NCBI GenBank assembly: GCA_965248925.1
Contig: CBDFLE010000005.1
Coordinates: 1,376,001-1,440,000, forward strand
Direction of reading: 5' to 3'
DNA length: 64,000 nucleotides
DNA from: Candidatus Multivoradales bacterium
GTDB taxonomy: Bacteria > Acidobacteriota > Thermoanaerobaculia > Multivoradales > J023
Numbering within the stretch: position 1 is the first letter of the stretch; the number at the start of each line of letters is the position of its first letter. Below, one piece after another: positions 10,061-20,109 of this stretch. The translations under genes were made by a program, and so were the position numbers. A model generated the notes under the pieces. That model worked only from the letters and a program-made list of their open reading frames with translations. It had not been told where the DNA came from and did no database searches.

Positions 10061-10264
10061 CTCTGCTCTGCCCGCAGCCGGGCCTCATCGCTCAAGGCTG
10101 GTCGGTGGGTCGAAGCCCCCAGGAATAGACACCCGGCAGCTTATGACGCGAAGGTCGAGTTGTCCAGCAAGGCCCTGCCAATTCGCTGGTGGGTGGCGCC
10201 TGCCTCGGAGGAGTGGCAACCGTGACTAGCTGGCCGCCAAAAACAAATATCTCCTCCTTGTAAT

Positions 10265-10293
10265 TTGAAATGTAAGCTGCGTAGACCTACTAT
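10265..10293 (+). promoter_or_regulatory. sigma70-type promoter for the hybrid histidine kinase
   Basis: TTGAAA-17 bp-TACTAT in an AT-rich patch; implies a start downstream of 10296. Confidence 0.55.
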
Positions 10294-10361
10294 CAATGCA
10301 GGGAAGAGCTTCCGGTTGGCCGTCTCACAGATGGGAGTCGGCCGCTCGCCTATCGGATCTG

Positions 10362-13300
10362 ATGTCAACTTCTGAAGTACCTCTACAGCACGATCTCCAG
10401 CCGCAGCCAACGCGGCTGGCGGCCCAGCGCCGGGCTGGTCTCCGCAGGGCGGCCGCTTACACTTCTATCGGCCCGCTGGTCGGCCTGGCTTTGAGCGTTC
10501 TGCTGGGAGCGGCTGACGCTTTCCCCTTCTCCTGGTCCGATTGGTGGCTGACTCTGGCGGTGATCCTCGGCGCCCTCGGAGTGCTGTGGCTAGCCGTCGA
10601 GTCAGGCTTGAGCGAGAGGTGGCGTTGGGATCCGCACTTCGTCTTTCAGCCCGGAGTGGCGCTCGCCATCATCTTGAGCTTCGCTGTCTACCAGGCGCCG
10701 GAGCTGCGCATCGCGTTGCTGATGACCTGGTTCATCGTACTGCTTGTCTCCGTCGGCCTGGCTGGCTTTAGCCAAGTCTTGATTCTCGCCAGCCTGGTCA
10801 CCGGCGGCTACTTGCTGGCCGTGTCCCAGGAACCGGGTTTGGACGGCGATTTCCAAGCTGAGTTGTTCGTGGCGGTGGAGTTCTGGGTAGTGAACCTGCT
10901 TGCGGCCTTTGTCTGTGCCGGCCTGAAACGGCGGTTTGAAGCCGGTAGGCGACGCTACCGGGCACTGGCCGAGAATTCTCCGGTGGGCATCTTCCAGAGC
11001 GCTGGCAACGGCGATTGTCGCTATGTGAACCCCCGCTACTGCGAGATAACCGGCCAAGATCGCGAAGCGGCCCTCGGCATGGGCTGGAGTGAAGCGATCC
11101 ATCCCAAAGACCGGGCGACCGTGGTCGACAACTGGGAAGCTACGGTCGGCGCCAACCTGGAGGCGAAGAGCGACGGCACCGGCAGCTGGAATGTGCGCAA
11201 CGGCGAATACCGCTACCAGCGCCCGGACGGCAAGATCTCTTGGGTAGCGGCTTCGGTGATCGCCGACCGCGACAAGTTCGGCCGGCTGAACGGCTACATC
11301 GGTACGGTGACCGACATCACCGAACTCAAGCAAGCTCGTCAGGACTTAGATCGCCTGTTCGATCTGTCGCCAGATCTTCTATTTCTCAGCACTAGCGGCT
11401 ATTTCACCAGGGTCAATCCAGCCTTCACTCACTTGCTGGGCTATAGCAGCGAGGAATTGCTCAGCCGGCCGATCCGAGATTTCGTCCATGCCGAGGATCG
11501 CGGGGCTTCCGCAGGGTTGCTCGATTTGCCGCGCGACCAAGCGCCGACACCGGAAATCGTCAACCGTTTCCGCCACCGCGATGGCGGCTACCGCTGGATA
11601 TCCTGGCGTTCGATCGCGGTCGTAGCGGAGGGTCGGATCTACGGCATCGCCCGCGACATCACCGGCGCCAAATACGCCAAGGAAGCTCTGGAGCTAAGCC
11701 AAGCCAACCTGGCCGAAGCGCAGCGCCTGGCCCATCTCGGCAGTTGGGATTTCGATATCGAGACCAACAAGATGTCCTGGAGTGAGGAGCTGTTCCGCAT
11801 CTTTGGCGTCAGCCGCACTCGCCATCGCCCGACGATCGACGATTTCTGGACTCTGGCCCACCCCGAGGATCGGCCCACGGTGGAAGCTGCCCTGGCCCGC
11901 TCGGCAACCATCGGCACGGCGTTCGATTTCGAACTGCGCATGTTGCGCAGCGATGGCTCGGAACGGGTGATCCACTCCCAGGCCCGCATCCATCTCAACG
12001 AGCTCGGCCGACCGGTGCGCATGGTGGGTTCGGTGCTCGACATCACCGAACGGATCCGCGCCAACGAGGCCCTGGAACGGGCCAGCAGCGCCAAGGGTGA
12101 ATTCCTGGCCAACATGAGTCACGAGATACGCACGCCAATGAACGGGGTTATCGGCATGGCCAACTTGCTGCTCAAGACCGATCTCGGCTATCGCGAGCGC
12201 GACTACGCCGAGATCATCAAGAGTTCCGCTGAGGGCTTGCTGGGGGTCATCGACGACATTCTCGACTTCTCCAAGATCGAGGCCGGCAAGATGAGCCTGG
12301 AGCAGATTTCATTCAGCCTCCGCGAGTCCTTGGCAGCGGTAATTGAGCTGCTCGCCCCGCGGGCCGAAGTGAAGGATTTGCAATTAGACCTCGATCTGGA
12401 AGACGACGTGCCCGACCAGGTCGAGGGCGACCCGACCCGCCTGCGCCAGGTACTATTGAATCTACTCGGCAACGCGATCAAGTTCACCGGTGATGGATCG
12501 GTCACCCTGGAAGTGCGCCTGGTTCGCCGCCGAGGCGATCTGCTGGTCTTGGCGATTGCCGTCCGCGATACCGGCATCGGCATCAGGCCAGAGGCTCAAG
12601 AACAGCTGTTCACCCCCTTCACTCAAGCCGATAGCTCGACCACCCGCAAGTTCGGCGGCACCGGCCTCGGTCTGGCGATCAGCCAGCGGCTGGTCCAGTT
12701 GATGGGCGGAACGATCCATGTTGATAGCGCTCCCGAGCTGGGTTCTTGTTTCTCCTTCGAGCTCGAGCTACGAAGCGGTCAACGGGGCACCTCAGTGGCC
12801 GACCCTGCCGCCCGTGAAGCTGGCCCCACCCAACGCACGGGGCAGCGCGGCGGCATTCGCATCCTGGTGGTAGAGGACGACCAAGTCAACCAACTGGTAG
12901 CGATGCATCAGGTCCAGAGCCTGGGCTTCAGCGCCCAAGCAGTTTCGAACGGCCGCGAAGCCCTACGAGTCTTGGATCAGGCACGTTTCGACCTGGTGCT
13001 GATGGATTGCCAGATGCCTGAGCTTGATGGCTATGAGACCACTCGCCGAATCCGCCGCCAAGAGACCGAGAGCGAGCGCCACCTACCGGTGATCGCGGTG
13101 ACTGCTCACGCCATGCCTGGCGACCGGGAGAAGTGCCTCGCCGCCGGCATGGACGACTATCTGGCCAAACCGTTCAAGGAAGACAGCCTGGCGGCGGTGC
13201 TCGATCAGTGGCTAGGACTGGACCAGAGTGCGCGCTCAATCCGGGGTCCCACCGCCACCTCCGCGGCCCCGGCCTCAGTGCTTGACCGAGAAACCGTCGA

Positions 13301-13676
13301 TCGGCTGCAACAGATCGATCGGCGCTCCAAACGTGGTTTCCTGCGCCGCTCGATCGAGGTCTTCCTCAGCCACAACGCGCCCAAACTGCGAGACCTGCGC
13401 CGGGCTTTAGAGCAACAAGACAGCGAACCGCTCGGCCAGATAGCCCACGGCTTGGCCGGCTCGGCCGGCACTCTCGGTGCCCTCGACCTTTCCCTGCTCG
13501 GCCGCCAGCTCGAAAGGGTGGCCGAGGCTCGGGATTTCACCAGCGCCAAGCCGCTGGTCGAGCAGATTGAAGTCGGCTACCGGCAGGCTGAAACGGAACT
13601 TCGTCAGCTGGTCAGCGACAGGGAAGATAGAGACACGGCCGCGGGTTCTGAAGGGGCTGACGACGAGCAGGTTTAA
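10362..13676 (+). CDS. Membrane-bound hybrid sensor histidine kinase (TM region, 3 PAS/PAC, HisKA, HATPase, REC, Hpt)
   Basis: About 6 hydrophobic helices; PAS/PAC motifs; FLANMSHEIRTPMN, NLLGNAIKFT, DTGIGI, GGTGLGL; REC LMDCQMP; Hpt AHGLAGSAG; start uncertain (10296 or 10362). Confidence 0.93.
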   Translation: MSTSEVPLQHDLQPQPTRLAAQRRAGLRRAAAYTSIGPLVGLALSVLLGAADAFPFSWSDWWLTLAVILGALGVLWLAVESGLSERWRWDPHFVFQPGVALAIILSFAVYQAPELRIALLMTWFIVLLVSVGLAGFSQVLILASLVTGGYLLAVSQEPGLDGDFQAELFVAVEFWVVNLLAAFVCAGLKRRFEAGRRRYRALAENSPVGIFQSAGNGDCRYVNPRYCEITGQDREAALGMGWSEAIHPKDRATVVDNWEATVGANLEAKSDGTGSWNVRNGEYRYQRPDGKISWVAASVIADRDKFGRLNGYIGTVTDITELKQARQDLDRLFDLSPDLLFLSTSGYFTRVNPAFTHLLGYSSEELLSRPIRDFVHAEDRGASAGLLDLPRDQAPTPEIVNRFRHRDGGYRWISWRSIAVVAEGRIYGIARDITGAKYAKEALELSQANLAEAQRLAHLGSWDFDIETNKMSWSEELFRIFGVSRTRHRPTIDDFWTLAHPEDRPTVEAALARSATIGTAFDFELRMLRSDGSERVIHSQARIHLNELGRPVRMVGSVLDITERIRANEALERASSAKGEFLANMSHEIRTPMNGVIGMANLLLKTDLGYRERDYAEIIKSSAEGLLGVIDDILDFSKIEAGKMSLEQISFSLRESLAAVIELLAPRAEVKDLQLDLDLEDDVPDQVEGDPTRLRQVLLNLLGNAIKFTGDGSVTLEVRLVRRRGDLLVLAIAVRDTGIGIRPEAQEQLFTPFTQADSSTTRKFGGTGLGLAISQRLVQLMGGTIHVDSAPELGSCFSFELELRSGQRGTSVADPAAREAGPTQRTGQRGGIRILVVEDDQVNQLVAMHQVQSLGFSAQAVSNGREALRVLDQARFDLVLMDCQMPELDGYETTRRIRRQETESERHLPVIAVTAHAMPGDREKCLAAGMDDYLAKPFKEDSLAAVLDQWLGLDQSARSIRGPTATSAAPASVLDRETVDRLQQIDRRSKRGFLRRSIEVFLSHNAPKLRDLRRALEQQDSEPLGQIAHGLAGSAGTLGALDLSLLGRQLERVAEARDFTSAKPLVEQIEVGYRQAETELRQLVSDREDRDTAAGSEGADDEQV

Positions 13677-13699
13677 CCACTCCGACCCTGCGGCCTCGG

Positions 13700-15094
13700 C
13701 TACTCCACCATGATTCGCTGACGAGCCTCGACGGCGGCACCCTCGAAGAGTAGTCGCAAGGGCTGGCGAAGATCACTCGGCACCCGACTGCGCTCGACAT
13801 CGATGGCCAAGAATCGCTCGAGAGCCGCGCCGACCTCGAATTTCTCCACTTGCTGACAGAAGTCGTCCATCGCCCCCCCTTTCAGACCCTTGCGGCGGCA
13901 GAGTTCAAAGGCCAGGCGGGCTTCGTCGATGGTGCCGATGCACTCAAAAGGGGTGTGTTTTTCGAGTCCGAGCATACGGCGAAAATGAAGCCTATTCTCT
14001 GTCACCGCGAAGAGATTCTCGGCAAATACCGAGTCCACCACCGAACGCGGTAAATAGGCCATCGCGCAGAGCCAGACATAGGCGCATTTAGGGCACCGTC
14101 GACACCACGGCTTGGCGACATTGCAGGAGTGAGTGACCTTGAAGCGCTCGGCATCGGCCGCCAGAAGTTGAAAGATCAACACATCCCAGATCGGCTTCAA
14201 AAGACTGAAATATTCCACGCCCTCGATCAGTTCTGCAGCCAGGTAGTCCGCTAACAAAGTCTCGGCTGCGAGCGACTTCCCCCACTGATGGTTGACCTCT
14301 TCACCGGTGCGTTGCCAGATCAGATTGCCATGGTCGGCGCTGCGCTCGTGAGCTAGCACTAGCCGGCGGTAGCCATGTTCGAGCACCAAGGGCAGAGCGG
14401 CGAATAGCGAACTAGGGGTCTCGGCAGCGGTCAGTGACCGCACCCCCAGCTCTCCGTGCAACTCAGCGACCGGGCTGTCGATAAAGTCGTCGTAGATCCA
14501 CAGACGACGACGCTGGCGGGCTGCCGTTTGCAGCAACATGCCATCGATCAGCCGATGTTGAACGGCCGCCAAGCCATACACCGAACTCGAATAAGCAAAG
14601 CTATCGAAAGGCACCTCGGCCCGCTCGAGCAGCCGCAGGGCCACCAGACTGTCCTTGCCGCCGCCGCAGAATGCCAACGTCGCCACCGGCCCAGCGGACC
14701 GCCTTAGCGGTCGGCCGGCAGCGGGGGCCAAGGATGCTAATTCTGGGCCCAGGTAGTCAGGGTCGTCGTGTTCATATCGCCACTGTGCCCAAACCTGCCT
14801 TTGGATAGTGCTCCACAGCTCGACAAATGCCGAGTCGACGAAACGCTCCCAGGGACCCGGATCAAAGCGCCGCGGTCGCAAGCTGGTCAACTTGTTGGCC
14901 TCAAAAGCGGCGATGTGGAAGTAAATGCGCTCCATTACCTCGAGGCCAAAACGCTGTTCCAAAGCCTTCAGGTCGACGTCGCCGTACCAGTAGCTGGTGT
15001 TGAAAACCAGCTCGTCAACACCGAAGGTAAGGCACAATTGGTGCCGCGACCGGCGATGACCGCCGAGCCACAACCGGCGATCCGCGGCCCTCAC
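13700..15094 (-). CDS. MurL-like PP-loop ATP-dependent epimerase family protein
   Basis: GGGKDS PP-loop, HERSAD, EVNHQWGKS, YFSLLKP, SCN..WCRRCPKC, PFECIG resemble MurL motifs; GTGA overlap with the upstream gene. Confidence 0.65.
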   Translation of the reverse strand: MRAADRRLWLGGHRRSRHQLCLTFGVDELVFNTSYWYGDVDLKALEQRFGLEVMERIYFHIAAFEANKLTSLRPRRFDPGPWERFVDSAFVELWSTIQRQVWAQWRYEHDDPDYLGPELASLAPAAGRPLRRSAGPVATLAFCGGGKDSLVALRLLERAEVPFDSFAYSSSVYGLAAVQHRLIDGMLLQTAARQRRRLWIYDDFIDSPVAELHGELGVRSLTAAETPSSLFAALPLVLEHGYRRLVLAHERSADHGNLIWQRTGEEVNHQWGKSLAAETLLADYLAAELIEGVEYFSLLKPIWDVLIFQLLAADAERFKVTHSCNVAKPWCRRCPKCAYVWLCAMAYLPRSVVDSVFAENLFAVTENRLHFRRMLGLEKHTPFECIGTIDEARLAFELCRRKGLKGGAMDDFCQQVEKFEVGAALERFLAIDVERSRVPSDLRQPLRLLFEGAAVEARQRIMVE

Positions 15095-15951
15095 CCTTCA
15101 GCTCCAAGGCGACACTCGGCCAACATCTTGTCGGCGGCGTTGATCGCCGCCGACAGATAGGCCCGAGTTCGCCGCTCCTGCCCCACCGGCTCGCCATCGA
15201 GCAACTCGCTGGCGGTGAGGATGGCGCCGAAGAAACCCTGCCGCCGCCAACTGCCAAAGGGCAAAGGCGGCAGATCGCCGGCGGGCGGCACCGGCCACGG
15301 GGTGACATAGAAATAAGGCTGGTCGTAGCTGCCGTCGCCGGGCGACAGGCCGATGCCGATCGAGCAGAGGTCGTCTCCCCGCTGGCCGAGCTGCAGCAGG
15401 ATGGCGTGATCGAAGTGGTGCGGCCAAGTGAGGATCGGCGTTTCCGGGGCTCTTGTCGCAACCAAGTCGACCAGCAGACCATGGACGTTGCCATAGTAGG
15501 CCGCGAGTTCGACCGCGGCGGCACCGGGAGCAGCGAATCGAGCCCCCGCGGCGAGCCCATGGGGAGGTATCTCGTAAGGCGACTTGAGGCTCGGCAATTC
15601 GCCATCACGCCCTTGCAGCGACAGCTCTCGGCGCAACCAACCGAGCGCCTCCGCAAGGGTCTTGCCGGCCAACGGCAGGCCCTTTTCACCGAGCATCAGC
15701 ATCAGATCGGCGGGCCGCAAGCCAGCCTGCAACGGATCGCCGGCCGAGCGCGAAAGGGGCGGAATCTCCTGCCCTAGCCAGAGTTCACCTGCGGCATCCC
15801 AAGTGAGCGCGGTATGACTATCGTCCGGCCGCGCGGGAATCAACGATTGACCGATCGCCACCGCCAGTAATTGGGCGGCATGATGGATCTGCAGCCTTGC
15901 TTCGCCCAGTGCGGACGGCGGTACAGCTCCCAGAGACTTCCAATGCTTCAT
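15091..15951 (-). CDS. Hypothetical protein, DUF5996-like
   Basis: HHAAQL, HTALTW, WPHHFDHA, GLSPGD..YDQPYFYVTPWP motifs; SD GGAGG. Confidence 0.55.
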   Translation of the reverse strand: MKHWKSLGAVPPSALGEARLQIHHAAQLLAVAIGQSLIPARPDDSHTALTWDAAGELWLGQEIPPLSRSAGDPLQAGLRPADLMLMLGEKGLPLAGKTLAEALGWLRRELSLQGRDGELPSLKSPYEIPPHGLAAGARFAAPGAAAVELAAYYGNVHGLLVDLVATRAPETPILTWPHHFDHAILLQLGQRGDDLCSIGIGLSPGDGSYDQPYFYVTPWPVPPAGDLPPLPFGSWRRQGFFGAILTASELLDGEPVGQERRTRAYLSAAINAADKMLAECRLGAEG

Positions 15952-16142
15952 TATGGTTCCTCCCAGCGTTGCTAACTATGAATCACTCTCATGGCTGCCT
16001 TTGTCGGCCCGATCATACGCCCTCTCGCCGGGAACCGACTGCTGAACTATCGGGTCGATCCTCATCACTGATCCTCGCCACCGAACCTCACCACTGTGTT
16101 AGGAAGGTCCGGTGTGAACGATCTGGTCAGGAGTAGTCGGCG

Positions 16143-16880
16143 GTGTTACAGCTACAGCAGGTTTCAAAGTCATTTGCCCAGGTGGCGGCCGTGGCCGCAG
16201 TCGACTTGCAGATCGGCGGCGGCGAAGCCGTGGCGTTGATCGGTCCGAGCGGCTGCGGCAAGTCGACGCTGCTGCGGCTGATGGTCGGCTTGCTACAACC
16301 CGATAGCGGCGAGGTCCGGCTCGACGGCCAGCGGCTGGCCGGACCGGCCCTCTCCACCCTGCGCCAGCAACTCGGTTACGTCATTCAGTCAGGGGGCCTC
16401 TTCCCCCACCTCAGCGCCACCGCCAACGTCACCTTGATGGCCCGCCATCTGCGCTGGGAGAAGTCGCGGATCGACTCGCGCCTCAGCGAGCTGGCCGACC
16501 TAGTGCGGCTGCCAGCTACCGCCTTGGCCAGGTTCCCACACCAGCTTTCCGGCGGCCAGAGCCAACGGGTCAGCTTGATGCGGGCGCTGATGCTCGACCC
16601 GCGAGTGCTACTGCTCGACGAGCCCCTCGGCGCGCTCGACCCGATGATTCGCCGCGATCTGCAAGTCGATCTACGGAGTATCTTCCGCCGCTTGGAAAAG
16701 ACCGTGGTACTGGTGACCCACGACTTGGCAGAGGCCAGCTACTTTACTTCCCGCTTGGTGCTGATGGACGGCGGCAGAATCGTCCAGCAAGGTTCCTTCG
16801 AGGAACTTAGCCAGAATCCTGCCACCCCTTTCGTCAGTCGTTTCGTCGCCGCTCAACGGCCACCCGGCAGCCAGTTATGA
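16143..16880 (+). CDS. ABC transporter ATP-binding protein, osmoprotectant/quaternary-amine (OpuA/EgtV-like) family
   Basis: Walker A GPSGCGKS, GYVIQSGGLFPH, LSGGQ, LLLDEPLGALD, VTHD; SD AGGAG. Confidence 0.92.
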   Translation: MLQLQQVSKSFAQVAAVAAVDLQIGGGEAVALIGPSGCGKSTLLRLMVGLLQPDSGEVRLDGQRLAGPALSTLRQQLGYVIQSGGLFPHLSATANVTLMARHLRWEKSRIDSRLSELADLVRLPATALARFPHQLSGGQSQRVSLMRALMLDPRVLLLDEPLGALDPMIRRDLQVDLRSIFRRLEKTVVLVTHDLAEASYFTSRLVLMDGGRIVQQGSFEELSQNPATPFVSRFVAAQRPPGSQL

Positions 16881-18394
16881 GGAGGCAGAGGCAGCCAGCA
16901 GTGCGGACCTTCGCTTACGGCGTGTGGACAATGGTCTGCTGTCTCTTGGCCAGTGGCTGCAATCGGGACGCCGCCGTCGAGCGTCCGCTGCGGGTCGGAT
17001 CGAAGAAGTTCACCGAATCGGTGATTCTCGGCGAGCTGCTCGAGCTGTCGCTCGAAGAAGCTGGCTTCTCCACCACTCACCGGCGCCAGCTCGGCGGCAC
17101 CCGAGTGCTGTGGAACGCCCTTCTGCGCGGCGATATCGACGCTTATGTCGACTACACCGGGACTCTGCGCGAAGAGATCTTCGCCGACCGCGAACTCGGC
17201 CAGGATGGCTTGGACGAGGCGCTGGCCGAAGTCGGCTTGCGGTGCAGTGCAACGTTGGGCTTCAACAATACCTACGCCCTCGGCATGCTCGAACCATTGG
17301 CCGAGCGGCTCGGCTTGCGGCGCATCTCACAGCTGGTCGATCATCCAGATCTGGTGCTGGGATTCACCAATGAGTTTCTCGACCGCCCCGACGGTTGGCC
17401 CGGATTGCGCGAAGCCTATGGACTCGAACAGCGGCCCCGTGGCCTCGACCACGACTTGGCCTATCAAGGCCTGGCGGCGGGCAGCCTGCAAGTGATCGAC
17501 CTCTACTCCACCGATGCCGAGATCGCCTACTACGGCCTGCGGGTGCTGCAAGACGATAGACAGCACTTTCCAACGTACCAACCGCTGGTGCTCTACCGCG
17601 CCGATCTGCCGCTGGCGGCAGCGAACGCTCTAAGCCGCCTCGAAGGACGGATCGACGGCGCCACTATGGTGCGGCTCAACGCCGCGGTAAAAATCGAACG
17701 CCAAGCCGAAGCGGCAGTCGCCGCCGACTTCCTACTCCACGCCTTTGACTTGCGAGTCACCGCCGTAGTGGACAGCCTGTGGACCCGGCTTAGGCATCGC
17801 ACCGCTGAGCATTTGTGGCTGGTGCTGCTGTCGCTGGGAGCCGCGATCTTGGTGGCGATTCCACTCGGCATCGCCGCCGCCCGCCGACCGCGGCTCGGCC
17901 AGCTACTGTTGGCCGCGGTCGGTGTCTTGCAGACCATCCCCTCGCTGGCCTTGCTGGTGTTGATGATTCCTCTACTCGGCATCGGCGCGCCGCCGGCCCT
18001 GGCCGCCCTCTTCCTCTACAGCTTGCTGCCAATCGTCCGCAACACCTATATTGGACTGCGCTCGATCCCTGGCGAGCTGATGCAATCCGCTGCGGCCCTC
18101 GGCTTGCCAGCCGCGGCTTGCTTGCGGCGGGTCGAGCTACCCCTGGCGGCGCCGGCGATCCTGGCTGGCGTCAAGACCTCGGCGGTGATCAACATCGGCA
18201 CCGCCACTCTCGGCGCATTGATCGGTGCCGGCGGCTATGGCCAGCCGATTTTGACTGGTATCCGCCTCGACGACCTCGGGTTGATTCTCGAAGGTGCGCT
18301 ACCCGCCGCCGGTCTGGCCCTCCTCGCCCAAGGGTTGTTCGAACTCGCCGAGCGGCGGCTGGTGTCGGCGGGACTTCGGCAAGCTATTCGCTAG
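16877..18394 (+). CDS. Fused substrate-binding protein plus permease, glycine-betaine/ergothioneine-type ABC importer
   Basis: Lipobox-like LASGC; GSKKFTE, YTGT, FNNTYA, RPDG, YSTD SBP motifs; permease QTIPSLAL and VELPLA..ILAG. Confidence 0.9.
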   Translation: MRRQRQPAVRTFAYGVWTMVCCLLASGCNRDAAVERPLRVGSKKFTESVILGELLELSLEEAGFSTTHRRQLGGTRVLWNALLRGDIDAYVDYTGTLREEIFADRELGQDGLDEALAEVGLRCSATLGFNNTYALGMLEPLAERLGLRRISQLVDHPDLVLGFTNEFLDRPDGWPGLREAYGLEQRPRGLDHDLAYQGLAAGSLQVIDLYSTDAEIAYYGLRVLQDDRQHFPTYQPLVLYRADLPLAAANALSRLEGRIDGATMVRLNAAVKIERQAEAAVAADFLLHAFDLRVTAVVDSLWTRLRHRTAEHLWLVLLSLGAAILVAIPLGIAAARRPRLGQLLLAAVGVLQTIPSLALLVLMIPLLGIGAPPALAALFLYSLLPIVRNTYIGLRSIPGELMQSAAALGLPAAACLRRVELPLAAPAILAGVKTSAVINIGTATLGALIGAGGYGQPILTGIRLDDLGLILEGALPAAGLALLAQGLFELAERRLVSAGLRQAIR

Positions 18395-18732
18395 CCGCGA
18401 GAATACCGTCCGCCAGCCATTGGATCTCGCCTCCATCGTGCAGACAAAGACTGAGAAGGCCGGAATCGGCAGGCTCTCATGGCCTTGGAGACTGCTTTCT
18501 CGGTACCGATCAGCAGCAGCACTGATGAAACCCATCAGGGTCACCGATAGGGTTGCGAATCGGCACACCACCAGCGATCCAAAAAGCACTTTGCCCGGCG
18601 TCGATCGGGGTCGGCTGGACATCGATATCGCGGATGATAGCCTCAGTCAGGAAGACACTCATCGCTCGCCTATCCCGGCCTTAACTGGGTCAGCTTGAGC
18701 ACAATTGCCAATTACTGTTGGAGAGGACCCCG

Positions 18733-20109
18733 ATGGCCGAGGCCACCCCAATCCCCGTACCCGTCTCTTTGCCCAGCGCCACCAGCAGCCCACCGAGCGG
18801 CACCGCGAGCGCGGTGAGTGATGCTGCCGGCTCGGCAAACGCAAATACCGCAAGCGAGCGTTTCCACCAGGTTCGAGCTTGGACCGAGACCCTCTGCGAG
18901 CCTCTCAATACCGAAGATTATGTTGTCCAATCGATGCCCGACACCAGCCCGACCAAATGGCATCTAGCCCATACCAGCTGGTTCTTCGAGACTTTCCTGC
19001 TGGCAGCCAACGTCAGTGGTTACCATGCCGACCCGACCTACGCCTTCTTGTTCAACTCCTACTACAACAGCCTTGGCAAGCAGCATGCCCGGCCGCAACG
19101 CGGTCTGCTATCGCGGCCGACAGTGGCCCAGGTAAATGCTTATCGCGAGCAGGTAGACGCCGACATGATCGAGCTGCTCAGCGGCGACGAGCTACCGCCA
19201 TCGCTACTCAACCTGCTGGAGATCGGTCTCAATCACGAACAACAGCATCAGGAGCTGATGCTCACCGACCTCAAACACATGTTCTCTTGCAACCCCTTGC
19301 GTCCGACCTATCGCCCGGCCCCTCTGACCGCCGCGGCCACCGCGGTCGAGATGGTCTGGCACCCCTTTGCCGAAGGTTTGCAGCAAATAGGCCATCGCGG
19401 CAGCGGCTTTGCATTCGACAACGAGGGGCCCCGGCACCAGACTTTCGCCGCGGCATTCAAGATCGCCTCTCGGCCGGTGACCTGCGAAGAGTTCTCAGCC
19501 TTCATCGCCGACGGCGGTTATCAGCGCCCCGAGCTGTGGTTGTCGGACGGTTGGAGCACAGTGCAGGAGCAAGGCTGGCGAGCGCCGCTCTACTGGTTCG
19601 AGGAAGATGAGACTTGGCAGCAGCAGACCTTGAGTGGTTGTCGCGGCGTCAACAGTAGAGAGCCGGTCTGCCACGTCAGCCTCTTTGAAGCCGACGCCTA
19701 TGCTCGCTGGGCTGGCGCCCGCTTGCCGACCGAGACCGAGTGGGAAGTCGCCGCCGACCACTGGATCGGGCCCAACGGCCGCGGGGAGGATTCGCCGGAG
19801 GCCAATCTGGCCGAAGGCGGCTTTTACCACCCGCGACCGTTGGCCCCGCGGGCCAGGCACCGCCAGATGCTCGGCGATGTCTGGGAGTGGACCCGCAGCG
19901 CCTACTCCCCTTATCCGGGCTTTCAACCACCGTCTGGAGCCTTGGGCGAGTACAACGCCAAGTTCATGAACAACCAGAACGTCTTGCGCGGCGGCTCTTG
20001 CGCCACTCCGCGGTCACACATCCGCAGCACGTACCGCAACTTCTTCCCCGCCGCCACCCGCTGGCAGTTCACCGGCTTCCGTCTGGCCCGCGATGGTGGT
20101 GCGGCATGA
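18733..20109 (+). CDS. egtB: Ergothioneine biosynthesis sulfoxide synthase EgtB (type-II-like)
   Basis: DinB-like WHLAHTSWFFE and HEQQHQE iron ligands; FNSYY and RPQR; FGE-like C-terminus RLPTETEWE, GDVWEWT, RGGS; SD GAGAGG. Confidence 0.93.
   Translation: MAEATPIPVPVSLPSATSSPPSGTASAVSDAAGSANANTASERFHQVRAWTETLCEPLNTEDYVVQSMPDTSPTKWHLAHTSWFFETFLLAANVSGYHADPTYAFLFNSYYNSLGKQHARPQRGLLSRPTVAQVNAYREQVDADMIELLSGDELPPSLLNLLEIGLNHEQQHQELMLTDLKHMFSCNPLRPTYRPAPLTAAATAVEMVWHPFAEGLQQIGHRGSGFAFDNEGPRHQTFAAAFKIASRPVTCEEFSAFIADGGYQRPELWLSDGWSTVQEQGWRAPLYWFEEDETWQQQTLSGCRGVNSREPVCHVSLFEADAYARWAGARLPTETEWEVAADHWIGPNGRGEDSPEANLAEGGFYHPRPLAPRARHRQMLGDVWEWTRSAYSPYPGFQPPSGALGEYNAKFMNNQNVLRGGSCATPRSHIRSTYRNFFPAATRWQFTGFRLARDGGAA

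Noticed and set aside
18522-18540. CTGATGA as a hammerhead ribozyme core
   Set aside because: It forms a simple hairpin (CTGATG/CATCAG); no stem II plus GAAA arrangement
19740-20105. N-terminal extension of EgtD in the ORF track
   Set aside because: It overlaps the egtB coding region; the ATGA-coupled start at 20106 gives a normal EgtD
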